From assembly GCA_038087875.1 (NCBI GenBank), contig JAXLNO010003819.1:310001-374000 (forward strand): a stretch of DNA of 64,000 nt, given 5' to 3'. Under the pieces are notes generated by a model, which made no database searches, was not told where the DNA came from, and saw only the letters and a list, made by a program, of their open reading frames with translations. This DNA is from Malacoraja senta. Its lineage: Eukaryota. Both the position numbers and the translations under genes were made by a program. Positions 62,081-64,000 of this stretch are shown here, in pieces (position 1 is the stretch's first letter; each line of letters opens with the position of its first letter).

Positions 62081-62824
62081 AATTTGGAATAAAAATGAAC
62101 TGCAGATGATGGTTTATAACAAATATAGACACACAATGCTGGAGTAACTCAGCGGGACAGGCAGCTTCTCTGGAGAAAGTGGATAGATGCAGTTTCGGGC
62201 CAGGACCTTCATACAGATTCAGTCTAAAGTTAGACCCGATATGTCACCAATCCATGTGAATTGTGCGCCATTCTATTTCCAATTCTGGGCCCAGATTTCT
62301 ATGTATCCCGTTTTTCCCCCTTTCACTCCTTCTTGAACAGAGGGACAATCTTTGCGACCCGGAAGTCTTACGGCACCTTACCCATGTCTAACAATGACTC
62401 CTCATTCAGTACTCGTGTGGTTTCTTTTGTAGCTTACCCACTGCGTACATGGATAAAACTGACTACGCGTGAGATGTATCTGCCTTCTATACGTTCACTG
62501 CGTTCAGCACCTAAATGACTGAAAAATAGAAAGTCCGCAAAGACATCTTCGTTCACGAGTTCCCTATTCTCCATGTCTCTCCGCGCAATAAAGCAGAGGA
62601 GAAATATTAATCGGTGTGAAATCGCCGAGAAACACCGAGCAGAAACCACGTCAGATCAACGTTCGGTGATTTCAGTGACGATATTCAGCAAAGTCAATTT
62701 GCAGCGACGTGACAGCGTGGGGGATGATGAGGGAATTTCTGTTGATTGTGGCAAACCGCAATCTGTATCCTGCCTTTCCAAGCCTGTCTGTATCGCTCAA
62801 AATCGGAGATCTACACAATGGTGA

Positions 62825-62863
62825 GGTTTTTGTATAACGATTGAACTGGGCACAACCACTGTG
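62825..62863 (-). other. Consensus 23-RSS of V10
   Basis: CACAGTG (62863-62857), 23 bp, ACAAAAACC (62833-62825). Confidence 0.96.
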
Positions 62864-63170
62864 CTACTTAGAGCACAGAAGTAAACGGCGGAGTCGGATA
62901 GTTGCAGCCCAGAGATAGTTAACTTGGTGAATTTAGCCCCTGTCAGGAGATCCGCCGAGAACCTCGTTTTAGCAAAATCAGCGTTGTCCTCACCACCGTT
63001 TGAGTATTTCGCTAGGATAAACTGAAGCGGTTTGTCCGGCTTTTGCCGGTACCAGGACAATACATAAGAGTTCAATGCAGTATCATACGTGCAGCTTAGA
63101 GTGATCAGTTCCCCTTCTGTCTTCAAGCTCGCTGGCGGGCTTTGTGTGACAGAATCTCCATCACCTCGTT
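62864..63170 (-). CDS. TCR alpha/delta V exon V10 (leader not identified in window)
   Basis: Acceptor TTTTGCAG; ERGDGDSVTQSPP..LSCTYD..SWYRQKPDK..DSAVYFCALSS is an open 307-nt exon. Confidence 0.92.
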
Positions 63171-63649
63171 CTGCAAAACAAGAAATATACTGAAAACCAG
63201 ATAATATTGAACACATGGGGGCCGCGGAGGCAAAGAGCCATGCCGCTGAGGTCCTCTGGGGGGCGCTCGGCCGCAGGAGGCTCCCTGATCGCTGGACGCT
63301 GACCGGTTTCCTCAAGGTTTCAGTGGATTGGGGCATAGAAACATAGAAACATAGAAAGTAGGTGCGAGAGTAGACCACCAGGCCCATCGAGCCCGCACCG
63401 CCATTCGCTCATGGCTGAACACTAAACAGACACCCTTACCCACAAACAGTAGACACAAGACACAGAACACAAGACACTACCCTCCCCTTTATACCGCTAT
63501 CACCCCTCTCCACCCCAAGAACCGCGTGATCTCCTGGGGGAGGCAAAAAAACCGGATAAAAACCCAGGTCCAATTCGGGAAAAAAATCCGGGGCACTGTA
63601 GGTCCCGCATGAAGCTGGGGCTCAATTGCGTCAGGCGATGAAACAAAGA

Positions 63650-63950
63650 CTGCACAGTGGCGCAGCGGTAGAGCTGTTACCGACTGCGCCGCAGATCCAG
63701 CTTCGATCTGGATAACGGGCGCCGCCTGCGTGGTGTTTGCACCCCCTGTGACCGCGTGGGGTTTCTCCTGGTGCTCCGGTTTCCTCGCCCATCCCATAGG
63801 CGTGCGGGTTTGGAGGTTGCTTGGCTTCTCCAAGTTGTGCCTAGCCTGTAGAATGGAACTAGTATGGGCGGTCGCTGGTCGGCGCGGACTAGGTGGGCCT
63901 AAGTGCCTATATCCACGTTGTATATCTAATCTAAATTAATCTAAACTGAA
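63650..63950 (+). mobile_element. tRNA-derived V-SINE
   Basis: TGGCGCAGCGGTAGAGCTG head, CGTGGGGTTTCTCC core, (ATCTAA)-type tail. Confidence 0.7.
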
Positions 63951-64000
63951 CAAAAATCGTCATGCGCGCTGAGAGGACGCGGCCTGCAGCGAAAGAGCAA

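Noticed and set aside
63653-63659. CACAGTG upstream of V10
   Set aside because: Part of a SINE head with no nonamer
63650-63730. tRNA-like sequence
   Set aside because: SINE head, not a complete cloverleaf; no true tRNA, rRNA or CRISPR array seen in the window

Overview
Cartilaginous-fish genomic DNA (elasmobranch, probably a skate or ray judging by repeat content; inference) covering part of the T-cell receptor alpha/delta variable region. Bases 1 to ~45,830 are a tandem array of four ~11-kb units in the order A-B-A-B (A offset ~22.6 kb). Each unit holds a head-to-head pair of TCR V segments: a minus-strand V with a 23-bp-spacer RSS and a plus-strand V with a 22-bp-spacer RSS. The plus-strand V of both A units is a pseudogene. 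Each unit also appears to carry a heavily decayed class A GPCR pseudogene. To the right lies an apparently intact NAR-TCR cassette: leader, IgNAR-like V, RSS22, RSS12, J, then a leaderless supporting V-delta with a CDR1 Cys and RSS23. No free D segment is visible between V and J. Next come an intact two-exon GPR139-like GPCR gene (322 aa) and one further minus-strand TCR V with a perfect RSS. Interspersed repeats include a non-autonomous PIF/Harbinger-type element with TIRs and TAA TSD, Rex1/Babar, CR1, L2, L1/Tx1 and Penelope fragments, V-SINEs and microsatellites. There are two N gaps. Family assignments come from motif recognition by eye; no database search was run.
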